64,000 bases of DNA from Eledone cirrhosa (GCA_964016885.1 OZ024740.1:340938001-341002000), one strand, 5' to 3'. Shown: positions 1-13,178, numbered from the stretch's first letter. Notes: generated by a model from the letters alone, not told the origin. Numbers and translations: made by a program.

Positions 1-294
1 ATGTCTGCTTTTGTTGGACTACCTTATAGGGCATTGTTTTATATCCTGATATCTTTCCTTATACCAATTCGTTTAGCCACTTCTTATGACATACAGGGAT
101 ATGGTGCACCTATTGTAAAAGCTAGAATATATGTACTTATATAGATATGAATATACACACATACTTACAAAGATTGATACAGACAGAGTAGCTATTCAGG
201 AAACGTAGATAGTTACACAATATTTGGTCAATAAAAGAGGTAAGGAAGCTTCCAAATCTCTACATAATGGCAGCAGCACATCGAAAGTGACTAG

Positions 295-440
295 TATTCT
301 GGAAGGTCATCAACAAGCCATAATGTAGTTATTATCAAGAAAGTGCAAATCTTTGAGAATGGAGAAAGATTATTTGACAGTGTCGGAAATCTGTGATGAG
401 GTTAGAATAGGGAAAGATTCAGCATATGCAATTACCATGG
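295..440 (+). pseudogene. Degenerate mariner-type transposase N-terminal (HTH) remnant
   Basis: SGRSSTS at ~298, then ...LTVSEICDEVRIGKDSAYAI (ORF 353), resembling the mariner SGRP...RRLTVREIAEEVGIS.GS..AI region; short and frameshifted. Confidence 0.4.
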
Positions 441-540
441 CATTCAAGAACTCGGGATCTTTGTCAGCAGTACCCAGCCAGTCCTATGTAACCCAAGACA
501 AAGCTTGGACACAAAATGAAAAGGTCCTACCTTCCCATGA

Positions 541-672
541 GACATTGTTCATTTTCCTGACATTTGTACATTACACTGTTCACTTTCCTGATATTTGTAC
601 ATTATTCTATGTACTATACATGCATCTTTGATGAGTTGTATGCAGCTGAGAATTGTACACAATAATTTTCAT
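541..672 (+). mobile_element. 3' end fragment of the CR1/L2-type LINE seen at 55988-56631
   Basis: actgttcactttcctgacatttgtacattattctatgtactatacatgca...tgtacacaataatt is shared with 56520-56615, 12075-12150 and 61740-61840. Confidence 0.7.
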
Positions 673-699
673 TTTTACAAACTATATTCAAAGTTATCT

Positions 700-1145
700 G
701 CTGGAAGGATTACCTTGATGGATATCGAAAAGGTACAACAAAAAACAAAATATTTCCACATCTTTAAAAATAAAGAATGATGGTAGAATATTCCAATAAA
801 AACAGTAATCTGGTGCAAACACAAAATATGCAATATCGTTGTATGGGACAGGGAACAAATCATGACTTGTAGATGTAAACTGTGCAGTGGAGGTGAATAT
901 CTTGTCTAAAGTTGTGGAAAAAAGAGAACATCTGTAATGAATTATTACAGTACTCTTGTATCTTGGCTAGATATTTTCATTTGAACACAATACTATAAGT
1001 ACACAGGGCTACATAACAGATTTGTGTAAAAGCTTCGAAAATGGTGGGGGTTTTCAAGAAAGAACAAAGCAAACTGACACATCCTACAAATCAAATTGAT
1101 TAATAATCCAGTCCAGCAAAGATTGCAAATATTCTACATTTAAGT
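700..1145 (+). pseudogene. Degenerate C-terminus of a restriction-like-endonuclease non-LTR retroelement (R4/Dong/NeSL-like)
   Basis: From 775 reads E*W*NIPIKTVIWCKHKICNIVVWDREQ, resembling the WWN.PI.T...C.HNKPDIVVWD (PD-D/ExK) region; many stops. Confidence 0.5.
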
Positions 1146-1718
1146 TTCCTGGAAAGAACATATGCATACAATCACATGTGTGTAGATGTTATACACACAC
1201 AAACACATACAAGATATTGTAATCACACATACTTGTATAGTAAAGAGAGATGTAAATCCATTGCATGAGTGCAAGTGTATCCACACATAGGCCTACATAT
1301 ATGCACACATTAACTCACATAGACAGGGCTCAATTGTGGATTACACACACACATATATATATTGCCTTTTATTTTGTTTTGTTTCCATTTGTTGTCTTGT
1401 CCTTTGTTAATTTTCTTACGTATATATATATATTTCGCTTTTTCTACCCACCAAAATGCGATTCTCGCTGAATTTATATTTGTATTAATCTCTCGAGTCT
1501 TACAATTAACCTGTTAATAATTCTATTGACAGATTAATTGCATAAGTTTATTTTAAAAACTACCCGGTCGAGAGCTTATTTGATTTGTGCTATTTATGCA
1601 ATTTTTTGCATGGATTTACACATACTGAATTCATTTGCCAAAATCTGGGGTTTTTCCCTTGTGAGTTACACATGTGCTTTTACAAAACACTGTGTCATCC
1701 ACAACACCGGCGCAGACC

Positions 1719-1832
1719 AAAATACCTGTTGATAACGTGATATTCCTCGTTCGATCATTATACCAAAAGCTTATTGTTTTAAGCATACAGTATTATTGAT
1801 TTAGGTGTCGCAGAAACGCTGTACTGGATTTT
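1719..1832 (+). ncRNA. Candidate degenerate type I hammerhead ribozyme (U3-A8 core, long stem II insert)
   Basis: aaaatacctg-TTGATAA(1729)-cgtgata...tgtcgca-GAAAC(1813)-gct-GTA-ctggatttt; stems imperfect; element bounded by (AT)n. Confidence 0.4.
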
Positions 1833-1860
1833 ACCATCAATTCCAAGGGTCCAGGTTTGT

Positions 1861-1895
<35 letters not shown>

Positions 1896-2714
1896 GAATA
1901 TGTCATTTATTTTGTCTGACCTGTTTAGCTTGACTTGTTTTTTGGCTTAGGTGGTTAATGGCTTCTTGACCACCTTCTCAGTTTGTATGGCCTTTATAAG
2001 CTATGTTTATTGCTCTGGTCTTTTTAGCCCATGGAGCGCTTGCCAGCATGACTCGGAATTTGCGTTACGTTTCGCTTTTTTTTCTACCCACTGAAATGCG
2101 ATTCTCGCTGGATTTATATTTGTATATATATATATATGTAATCCATGTGCAACCATGCAGTATTCTTCTCCCCTTGTTTTTCATATATATATATATATAT
2201 ACTTAAGAAAATTAACAAAGAAAGGACAAGACAACAAATGGAAACAAAACAAAATAAAAGCAAATTTTTTAAGGGGAAACCTTAAAAAATTATTTAAAAA
2301 AAAAAATATATGCAAACGATAGACACAGAACTCCATGGTCATCAACTGTTGAGATAGACATACGCAGTTTCGACCCCTACCAACAGTACTGCTGGTCCAC
2401 TCTGGGTCACACCGTCTGGCATAAGCCAAACACTGATATATATATATATATATATTGCAATGTGTTGTTTTGTGTACTTAATGAACCAAGAGTAGGTTAC
2501 TCTAGTGTGGGATCCCCTGAGGCATGTGGTCAAATTGAGAACAGTTGATCCAGTTGGCTTATGTCTTGTCCTGCACACTGGTATTCCCAAATCCCTAGAA
2601 TAATATTGACCCAAACAAGAAAAAAAGTCTTGTCACTTTGTCAGGGACTGACCTGAATATTGTGAAGTATGAATTAAATCTTAAAGGAAAAGATACACAG
2701 TAATCTACACACAA

Positions 2715-3160
2715 TCATATACATATAGATACTGACATATACACATACATAAATATATAGGTACTGACATACACACACACATAAACATTATAGATATTGA
2801 TACACACGCACACATAAACAGAGATATTGACATATACACATACATAAACATATAGATGGTGACATATACACATACATAAACATATAGATATTGACATACA
2901 CATACATAGACATCTAGATATTGACATACACATACATAAACATAGAGATACTGACATACACACACACATAAACATATAGATACTGACATACACATACATA
3001 AACATAGATATTGACATACACATACATAGAGATGTTGACATACACATACATAAACATAGAGATGTTGACATACACATACATAAACATGTAGATGGTGACA
3101 TGTACATACACATATATACATACATACATATATACATGTATACATACATACATAATGCAC
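2715..3160. repeat. Degenerate ~22-30 bp CA/TA-rich minisatellite
   Basis: Repeated gacatacacatacataaacatatagata(t/c)t units; explains the C/V/Y-rich ORFs. Confidence 0.85.
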
Positions 3161-3180
3161 ACTCACAAACACCACACAAA

Positions 3181-3215
<35 letters not shown>

Positions 3216-5478
3216 ATTTATATATATACATGCAGAGTAACATGTTAAGAAACACACACATATATCCAGATATAGATGGAATAATGCTGAAGTGAGACTC
3301 CATTGTTGCCACTGATGGAATCATGATGCTGTTTCTCTCTTCACTATCAGAAGCTACAACAAAAATACAAGCAACTGCCTTTTGCTTCTTTCCTGGCTGT
3401 AATCTAAGAAATCAGTTTGGTATCTTGGTGCCATGACTCAAATATTACCATAACAACTAGAGGCAATGAAAAGAATCTTATACTTAAAATTCCTCTCAGA
3501 AAACTGGCTTGCTGTTAGTGTTATTTACTGCAGCTAAAGATTATCAACACTGCAGTTACCAGACAAAAACCATAGAGGGATAATATCTTAGTCTTTTCCT
3601 GGCCTAAGGTGGCGAATTGGCAGAGTCATTAGGGTGTTGGATTAAAAATGCCTCTCTATTTGTTTTGACTCACTGCACTCTAAGTTCAAATCCTGTCAAG
3701 GTCAATTTTTTGTATTTCATCCTTTCCAGGTCGATAAATGATTTACCAGTGCAGTATAAGGCTATAAGGGTCAATTTTTCTTCTTCTTCTTCTTCTTCTT
3801 CTTCTTCTTCTTCTTCTTCTTCTTCTCCTTCTTCCTCTCTCTATCTACCTCTCAGCTTCTTCTTCTTCTTCTTCTTCTTCTTCTTCTTCTTTTATAAGAA
3901 ATTGGTTAAAATGTCATATGTCAGGACAACATCTCTAATGACTCAATCAGGAGTTAAGGGCCCTTCAGAAATTTATAAATAATTTGTTTGTTTGTTAATG
4001 AATGAATCAATTGCTCATTTCTGGTTGTAATAGAGAAACTGTATATTTTAAAAGTTTGTACTTAGTTGAATAGGCAGTGAAGTGGCAAAGTCGTTAGAAC
4101 ACCAGATAGAATGCTTTGCTATACTTATTTCGGCTCTGAGTTTAAATCCTGCTGAAGTTAATTTACCTTTCAGCCTTTTGAGGTGGATAAATAAAATACT
4201 AGTCCAATACTAGGGCTGATTCTCTCTCTCTATCTATCTATCTCTCTCTCTCTTTATCTCTCTCTCTCTCTAACTATCTCCTTCTAAAGAAGAAATCAGC
4301 TGTCTTCAGACCTTGAGGGGTATGAGTTCGACCCCTATCTAGGGATTAGTGGCAGAGTGACAGTGACTGTGTTGATTAATATGTCACATGCACGTGTGTG
4401 GAAAGAAAATGGGGGGGGGTCCCCCCCCCATACCATTAACTGGATTCATTAAGGATTAGAACCAGTGACCAGCTGGTCCGTAGTGTTCTCTCTTGCTAGG
4501 AATAGACCCATTCACTCAGACCATACTTGCAACCTACTTTCGACCATATCATCATCATCATCATTTTACAGAGAACCATGTTCTGCTCATATGTTCCATA
4601 TTTGGCACGGTTTCTATAGTTGGATTCCCTTCCTAATGCCAACCATTTTACAATGTGTAATGGGTGCATTTTACAGTGGCACCAACACTACCACTATAAA
4701 GAGTATACTGATGGCATTTTGTCATGGCACCAGCACTAGAAAGGTTGTCATATGCTCAGCAAAACAGGAGAGTTCTCACTACACTATATTGTCTTAGAAA
4801 AATGACTCTCCCTCCATGTGAAATATGAAGAAGTTGACAAAGGTTTTGCTCAAGAAAAAAATGTCTGACCGAAGTTCTTTCAGGCTTGTCTACCATACAC
4901 CCTCTTTTGCTATTGCCGCCAAACGTATTTTTGATCTTCATGATCACCCAAGTTCCCAACCCAGACCATAAAGTGGTGCCCTTGGAGCCACGACAAAAGT
5001 GCCCATCCCACACTATAAAGTGGTCATGTATGTGTCACAACAAAAACCACCCAGTCTACACTCTAAAGAAGAACATAACTTAAATTTATCTCATTAGCCT
5101 ATATATAAATTTTAATTTACAAATGGAGGGGAAATACACTCTATTAATATATTCAGTTCTCTTTCTTATAAAGGTATACATTATTGGCATTGTACATGCA
5201 TGACACACACACACATATACTCACTGGTGCAACCCTTCATATATATATATATATCATCATCATCATCGTTTAATGTCTATTTTCCATGCTAACATGGGTT
5301 AGACGAGCTGTCCCGTTGTGAGACAAGCCAGGTTGGATGACCATGTTTTGCTCACACAGAACTCAGAACTGATTTTGGCTTAGTTTCTACGGCTCGATGC
5401 CTTTCCTAATGCTAGCTGTGTTTACTGGTGCTTTTTGTCGTGACACCTACATGACCACTTTACAGCATGGACTGGGCA

Positions 5479-5509
<31 letters not shown>

Positions 5510-5623
5510 CATCATCATCATCGTTTAACGTCCATGTTCCACGCTTGCATATATATACATATATATATATATATGACCAGGGTTGTATTTTGAATCATTT
5601 ATGAAACATTCATATATATATAT

Positions 5624-8454
5624 AGATCGGGGGAACACACAAGCCAGGTAGATTATATCCTTACCAGAAGATGTGACAGAGTGTCTGTTGTAAACACTAA
5701 ATCCCTCCCCCATGAAGAATGCACCTCCCAACATAGACTGATAATTAGCGACCTAATAGTCAGGACGAGACGTACTAGACAACAGAAGAGGACTATCCTC
5801 AGGAGAAAAATATGGAAGCTAAAGGACCATACAGCCAGAAATAAATTCAAAAGTATACTACTTGATGCTTTCGACAGTAAGGAAGAGCAATTAGAGTCGT
5901 ACAATATAGAGGAGCAGTGGGAATTCCTGAAAGCAAACTTGCTGATGGCGGCAGACGAAGTCTGTGGCTGGAGCAGGCCTGTAGGCAGGAGGAGAGTAAC
6001 ATGGTGGTGGAACAGTAAGGTGGAGGGGTCAATTAAGGCCAAAAAGCAGGCTTGGAAAGTATGGCGGGATGGGGGAAGCAGAGAAGACTATCAAGTGGCC
6101 AGGAGGGAAGCTAGGAGACAAGTGTACTTCGCAAGAAGGGAAGCAGAGGAAAGAAAGTTCAAGCATGTTCTACAACGCGAGGACCAAAAACATGAGGTGT
6201 TCAGGATTGCCAGGCAATGTGTCAAGGAAAACCGTGATATTGTCGGGGAGAAGTGTGTACTTAATGACGATGGCGTACTTGCCATCACTGACGCTGATAA
6301 GAAGGTAGCTTGGAAGTGTCACTACGAAAGTCTACTAAATGAGGAGAATAAATGGGAGAAAGACAGTCTCCCCCACATCGACCCAATAGAGGGACCAGCA
6401 GTGTTAGTCGAAGGTAGTATAATAAGTAAGGCAATCAAAGATATGAAGACGGGTAAGGCGGCTGGGCCTTCGGAAATAGTTGCTGAGATGCTGAAAGCCT
6501 CTGGTACGGTGGGACACACCATGGTCACCCGGATAGTAAACCAAGTCATACAGAATGGGGTTGTTCCGAAGGACTGGTGTAGCAGCATCATCGTTAACTG
6601 TTACAAAGGTAAAGGAGACGCCCTAGATAGGAGTAACTATAGAGGCATTAAATTAATCGACCAGGTCATGAAGGTCACGGAAAAAGTAATAGCGCAACTA
6701 ATCATAGAGAGAATTGATCTAGATGAAATGCAGTTCCGGTTTGTGTCAGGCAAAAGTACCACAGATGCTCTTTTCATTGTATGACAACTACAGGAGAAGT
6801 ACCTAGCTAAAAGTAAACCCCTTTACTTAGCTTTTGTCGACTTGGAGAAAGCCTTCAACAGAGTCCCCCGTTCCATTATCTGGTGGGCTCTTAGAAAACT
6901 AGGTGTTGACGAATGGCTTGTGAGAGCTATACAAGCCATGTATAAAGAAACAGTCAGCAAGGTTAGAATTAACAACGAATATAGTGAAGAGTTTAGCGTA
7001 AAAGTTGGCGTCCATCAGGGCTCTGTTCTCAGCCCCCTACTATTTATTATTGCCCTTCAGGCTGTAACAGAGGAGTTCAAGACCGGTTGCCCATGGGAAC
7101 TCCTATACGCAGATGATCTAACAGTCATAGCTGAATCAATGGCCGAGCTAGAGAAGAAATTCCAAACATGGAAGCACGGCCTAGAATCAAAAGGCCTTAA
7201 AATTAACCTGGCTAAGACTAAAGTTCTAGTTTGTAAGAAAGAAAATAAGGCGGCGGTCCCTTCCGGGAAGTGGCCATGCTCAGTGTGTAGGAAAGGTGTA
7301 GGTAGAAACTCCATTTTGTGTCCCGAATGCAAAGTATGGGTGCATAAAAGATGTAGTGGGATCACAGGTAAGCTAACTAAGAACATAGATTTTACATGTG
7401 GCCGGTGCTATGGTGCAATAAGTAGCAGCAAGTGCCCACAAAATACTAGCTCTTTCAACTGCGCAGAGGGTTCTATAGAAATAGTGGACAGCTTCCGTTA
7501 CCTGGGTGACAAAATCAGCAGTGGGGGAGGGTGCTCTGAAAGTACAGTAGCTAGAGTCAGAACTGGATGGAAAAAGTTCAGAGAGCTTATACCACTATTA
7601 GCCGCTAAAGGGTTCTTCCTAAAAATGAAAGGCAGGTTGTACGATGCCTGCATACGAACAGCAATGTTGCATGGCAGTGAGACCTGGGCATTGTGTGCAG
7701 AGGATATACGCAGACTAGAGAGGAACGAAGCTTGCATGCTCCGCTGGATGTGTAATAGTAATATACGTGAACGGCAAAGCATAAACGAACTAAGGGAAAA
7801 ATTAGAAATAAGAGGGATCAGATGTTGTTTACTCGAGAGAAGGTTACGTTGGTATGGTCACGTGATGCGCATGAAGGACGATAGCTGTATAACAAAGTGC
7901 AAGGCAATAAAGATAGATGGTAGCCACGGAATAGGCAAACCCAGAAAAACCTGGGACGAGCTGATAAATTCCGACCTCACACACTTACACCTCACCAAGA
8001 CAATGTCACTGGACCGAGACCTTTGGCGGTACTCAGTAATAGAGAAGACCCGCCTTACCTAAATACAAAGTAAAACCTACTACAGTCAGTAGGCATCTCT
8101 AACAAAATACACCCCCGTCCCACCACCCCCACCCCATCCACACCGTCCCTTTCAATGTAAAGTTATGTTGGTGCCACAACATCCAGGCCGAAACAAATGA
8201 GATCGTGTAGGTGTCACAACAAAAAAATACACAGTCCACGCTGTAATGTGGCCATGTAGGCAACACAGTAAAAACCTCCCAGTCCCACACTGTAAATGTG
8301 GTTGGTGTTAGGAAGGGCATCCAGCTGTAGAAAACCCACCAGACAGTCCTATGCGAGCAATGACAACCACTCTTGCCTCAAGTGGGAAAACTCCCGTCCA
8401 AACCCATGCAAGCGTGGAACATGGACGTTAAACGATGATGATGATGATGATGAT
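5624..8454 (+). mobile_element. RTE-clade LINE family A, 5'-truncated, one internal stop, (GAT)n tail
   Basis: ORFs 5681-6784 and 6842-8062 are one frame broken by TGA at 6782 (CGA in the 15.2-19 kb copy); RT motifs [32 protein letters not shown]; 3' UTR ends ggacgttaaac(gat)n. Confidence 0.95.
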
Positions 8455-9535
8455 ATATATATATATATATATATTGTTAGGAAAGGCATCCAGCCGTAGA
8501 AAACCTGCCAGACAGTCGCTCCGAGCAAGACAACCAATCTTGCCTCACGTGGGACAATTCCCGTCTAAACCCATGCTAACGTGGAAGATAGACATTAAAC
8601 GATGATGATGATGATGATGATATACATGGTCCCAGTATATGCTGTAAAGTGGTTGGTATTAGGAAACAAAATGTACATGGAGGACCTAGTCACCTGCCAT
8701 ATTTTTTTCTCCTAGGGACATCATTTAGTTCCATGTTATATCAACTATAGTAGAGTTATAAAACAACACCAACAACCTGTCAACCAACCAACCAACAAAC
8801 AAACAATAATACCTACAACCATTTACAAAACAATTAATCGCAGCAGATTAAATAATGTTACAAATAAGTGTTTTAAATGTTATTTTGATTGTTCTTCATA
8901 TCTCTTTAATCCATGATTATCCTATAATCTTTGAGAGAATCCAAACACTTGTATAATCCAATAGGTTTTTATTGTTTATACATAGTTAATGTTGTTATTT
9001 TGTCAGAAGTTTGTAGGTGTGTTACAGTTGATTAATGTAAAAGATTAAAATGACAACATCTAGAGTTAAATAGCATTACAAAAGGAGCAATATATTTTTT
9101 TGTATCAGATTTTGCAGTGAATGTGGAGGGCCACTGCATCTGTAGCAAAACAGAATAAAATTCTAAAATATCAGAAATTCAGAAATTATAGGCAAACTAT
9201 TTTTTCAGCCTGTGGTGTTTCAGTCGTTTTGGAGGAGATGGGCCACTGACAATGAGGTTCTTGTCATTGTTGGTAGTCTGCCTTACTGATGTATTAGGTG
9301 ATGCCTGTGAGGGTGCTTGGTTATTTAAGTATCTCAGCCTTGCTATCATTTGCGGCAATGCTACAAGTGTGTTGTGGCATGTAATTGTGTGTGCATATCG
9401 TCTACCAGTTTTTCTTTTTTTATATATTGTGTGTGTGTGTATATATATATATATATACTGTAGTAAAGGTTTGGTAGAAATATCCAAGGGTAAGAGCACT
9501 CAGTCCATAGGACGAGTTTAGTATAAATAATAATA

Positions 9536-9581
9536 AGGCTGAATGAGTTGGGGTCCAGAACCCAATGAAACTTAAGTACCT
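9536..9581 (+). ncRNA. Type I hammerhead ribozyme candidate with a 1-nt core insertion
   Basis: AGG-CTGAATGA-GTTGGG gtccagaa CCCAAT-GAAAC TTAA GTA-CCT; palindromic stem III, GUA site; inside a ~140-bp element between (AT)n tracts. Confidence 0.65.
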
Positions 9582-9597
9582 GTTTATGTCGCTGTTG

Positions 9598-9634
<37 letters not shown>

Positions 9635-9640
<6 letters not shown>

Positions 9641-11053
9641 ATATAAAACGGAAGATGTCTGTCTGTGTATGTGTATGATTTTTATGCATTTCCACATTTC
9701 TCTACTTTTTTTTTCAATGTGCTCAAAATTTATCAACAATGGTCAACGCGTAATAAACTTTGCCAAACATTTCCTGCTTCTATGAAAAATATCGATAAAA
9801 CTAAATACATGCTGTAACCCTCTCTCTTACATGCTTATTCACTCTTTCTACTACCCAACAGCGACAAAACTTTGTTTAGGAACGCGACATAAACTTTGAA
9901 AACTAAGCAACACATCATTTTATACAACAACAAACATAGTCATAATACTCTCTCCATCGCTCTTCCCTCTCTTTATAATAGATCATTCCTCCTCTCTATA
10001 ATTTAACTGCTTTACTCTCTTCATGCTTTGAGGTTTAACACACCTCCCTATAGTTTCTTAACTTTACTCTCTCTGTCGCTCTTCCCTCTCTCTATAATAG
10101 ATTATTCCCCTCTCTATAATTTAACTGCTTTACTCTCTCTGTCGTTCTTCACTCTCTATATGACAACACTGTTTTACACACCTCCCTATAGTTTCTTAGC
10201 TTTACTCTCTCCATTGCTCTTCCCTCTCTCTATAATATATTATTCCCCCTCTCTATAATTTAACTGCTGTGGGAGTCATTGGAGTTCCGTATTGACATGC
10301 GGCTTTTCTGGGGTATCTTAAATCGGCTTATTGCAAATAACAACCTGCAAAATAACACTTCTTATAACAGATTAATGCTATAGACATATGAATCGGAATG
10401 TTTAGATTATTTATTTTTTACGACTTTAATTGGTTAAATATTAATATAACAACACTCATAGTGTTGTACTTCTGGCAATTCTGCCGAATACACTGCCAAG
10501 GATGAACCTTTTCCCCTCGGCGTCAGATATCCCGTTCGATTTCCGGCGATCCCAATTCTCGGTGAGACCATGTTTTGCCATGTCCATTAACAAGTCACAA
10601 GGGCAAACATTGTCAGTGGCGGGCATCCATTTGGGGGAGCCATGCCAACTTTATGTTCCCGCGTATGGAGCAGGAATGGACTTTTTGCTTACACTCCTCA
10701 AGGGATGACACACAATATCGTCTACAAAGAGGTGCTATAGATGTTGGTGCAGTTGTTGGAGCTATGCCGTCTGGAAAACTATTTCCTGGTAGGGTCATCC
10801 ATGGTGGACAGATCTGACACCCAGCGGCATCAGGGCCACCATCTTGCAACTTTGGTCTGCTAAATTTGCTATTGGAAGATTATTAACCCATCATTGATTG
10901 TCCAAAATGCTAATTGGTTCGTAACTTTTAATAACCGGTTCAACTGCTTTATGCACTTAATTGATAAGCTTATTCGCTTTCAAGCCACGTTTACCTGTAT
11001 GTAACTTTTCATAGCAAATGAAGAAACCCGAGCAACGCCAGGCTAAACTGGTA

Positions 11054-11054
<1 letters not shown>
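9635..11054 (+). mobile_element. Non-autonomous Helitron with PIF1 helicase C-terminal remnant
   Basis: ORF 10502 FDFRRSQFSVRPCFAMSINKSQGQTL; 3' hairpin cccgagcaacgccagg (11027-11042) then GTAG (CTAG variant); internal repeats 9930-10270 match 30500-30640 in reverse. Confidence 0.75.
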
Positions 11055-11090
<36 letters not shown>

Positions 11091-11092
<2 letters not shown>

Positions 11093-11184
11093 AGGAAATG
11101 TGGTAAGGAACCAGGTGGACCATAATTGAGTCCAGAATTAGCCGTCGAAACGGCTTGAGCTCAGCTGTCGGGGTCTTACTGGTT

Positions 11185-11187
<3 letters not shown>
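11091..11187. mobile_element. Tiny inverted-join copy of hammerhead/Penelope-like family C in (AT)n
   Basis: Terminal tail (gaaggaaatgtggtaaggaacc, minus) joined to agtccagaattagccgtcGAAACggcttgagctc...GTCggggtc (plus); same family as 25901, 27360 and 46073. Confidence 0.75.
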
Positions 11188-11221
<34 letters not shown>

Positions 11222-11280
11222 GCGTATATTGAACAATGAAAATAAAACAAAAATCAAAGATAGGTTCTTAATTAGTTCAT

Positions 11281-11411
11281 TGTTTTATGATTGTTTCAGA
11301 GGGTTGATTGATCATGGTAAATCAATATATTGACTAATAGGTAGTGGTTATGTCACCACCTATTTCTAGTCTCGATATCCTAGGTCCATCTCATTGTCTT
11401 CCTCAGAAACA
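11281..11411 (-). ncRNA. Type I hammerhead candidate with ~95-nt structured stem II insertion
   Basis: Minus strand TGTTT-CTGAGGA-AGA[...]TCT-GAAAC AATC ATA-AAACA; stem III fits ACGATCGT after CpG decay; insert contains hairpin aataggtggtg/ccactacctatt. Confidence 0.55.
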
Positions 11412-11949
11412 TATATATAAATTGTATTGATATGTAATTAAAAGTATTTGGGCATGTAATATATGTACCATATAACAATATGATATAAAAATTTATAAGT
11501 AAATAAATGAATAAATAAATATTTACATAAATAAATAAAGGGCAGAACAAACCTAATTTCTATGGTGAAATTTTGTCAACAATATATGTAGTGTGTGTGT
11601 TAGTTTTCAGCAACACACAATGACATATCCTCAAGCATGCACACACACACACATACAAGGAATCACTTTGACACTTTTACAAGGTCATTGTTGTGTTAGC
11701 AATATTAAACCAAAATTGGTCAGTCTTATCTCTCAGGAAAGCATTTTGGCCTACTGTAACCAATACCATTGCCAGCCCACCCAAATCCTCTTAGATTTAC
11801 ATTTAGCTTTAGTTCTTTCCAGTGTCTATAAAATATATATCATTCAAGTACTTTAGGTTGACCGATACATGTGATGGGATTTCAATCCAACAATATCAAT
11901 GAAACATTTGATTATATATTGGAGTATCTATGCTGGTTTAAACCTTTTC

Positions 11950-12158
11950 ATTGGGACACTGTATCCTCCAAAACTTCCATGCTTTCTGAAATTCGCCAAC
12001 ACTACACCTGATACCCCCCTCCATACACACACATGCATGTGTGTGTGTGTCTCTGTGTATATCATGACTCGTACACAGTTCATTTTCCTGACATTTGCAC
12101 CTTTGATGAGTTGTAGTGCACCTGAGCACTGTACATAATAATTTTCATTATTATTATT
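11950..12158 (+). mobile_element. CR1/L2-type LINE 3' end with (ATT)n tail
   Basis: Matches 56420-56631 (aaacttccatgctttctgaaattcgccaacactacacctgata...). Confidence 0.8.
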
Positions 12159-12820
12159 AAAACAAACTACCCACAACTACCCCTGATTCTATGATACAAA
12201 GTCGTATATTTTAATACGTTTATGTTTATCTAAAAACCTTCGCAATTTTACAACCCCACCAAACCTTGATTATTTTCAAAAAAATCATAGGCAGAGTTTT
12301 TCATTAGAAATATGGTAATGAATGAGTTATGTAGCAAATGTTCGTGTTTCAGCTATACATATTGTAGTATTTGTCTGAGGCCAACAGTGAATAAAAAATA
12401 GATAGAAAAGCATTTTATGACTATTAAATGTTTGGATGCTTATATATTTAGCAACATAACTGGTATATCATACTTGTTGACATCACAAGTGGAATTAAAC
12501 CTATGGAAAATATAGCCAGCTTATCTGTGACAGATCCGGCAGTAATGGTGTTGTGTGCAATTGCATTAGATATTCAGATAGCAGTGGCTGGTCAGTTGTG
12601 GCTCATTAATGACCACTGAACTAGGGAAAGACAAGTGGAAAAGGAAGAAGGTCAGAGATAAAGATTTTGTTCTTTTATGTAAAGTCAACACATTTCACAT
12701 GTTTTAGCTACTTACTCCTTCAATTACTTTCTAATATATCATAAGTAATGTGTGTATGGGTTATGTGGGGCTATGTGTGTGTGTATGTCTCTATGCATGT
12801 ATATATATATATATATATAT

Positions 12821-12856
<36 letters not shown>

Positions 12857-12884
12857 GTTTAACGTCCATATTCCACGCTTGCAT

Positions 12885-12917
<33 letters not shown>

Positions 12918-12924
<7 letters not shown>

Positions 12925-13178
12925 ATGTAATAAACAACATAAGGCAATTATTCCATTTACCAGTGGTTTCTTAAAAGCAAAAGGTTTTGCTTTCAATCCT
13001 CAGAACGAAAAAATCCAGGATTTTTTCGTTCTGAGGATTGAAAGCAAAACCTTTTGCTTTTAAGAAACCACTGGTAAATGGAATAATTGCCTTATGTTGT
13101 TTATTACATAATAATAATTAAGCTCTGTTGCTTACATAGAGCACTCTTTTTTCCTGGACTTTTCCGACGGAATTACTT

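Noticed and set aside
2510-2650. Possible long hammerhead (ccctgaggc...caaac...gtcaggga), and a similar one at 26748-26825
   Set aside because: Several invariant core positions are wrong in both
3290-3415. Possible minus-strand host exon after ttcttag
   Set aside because: Short open frame with no recognisable homology or clear donor site
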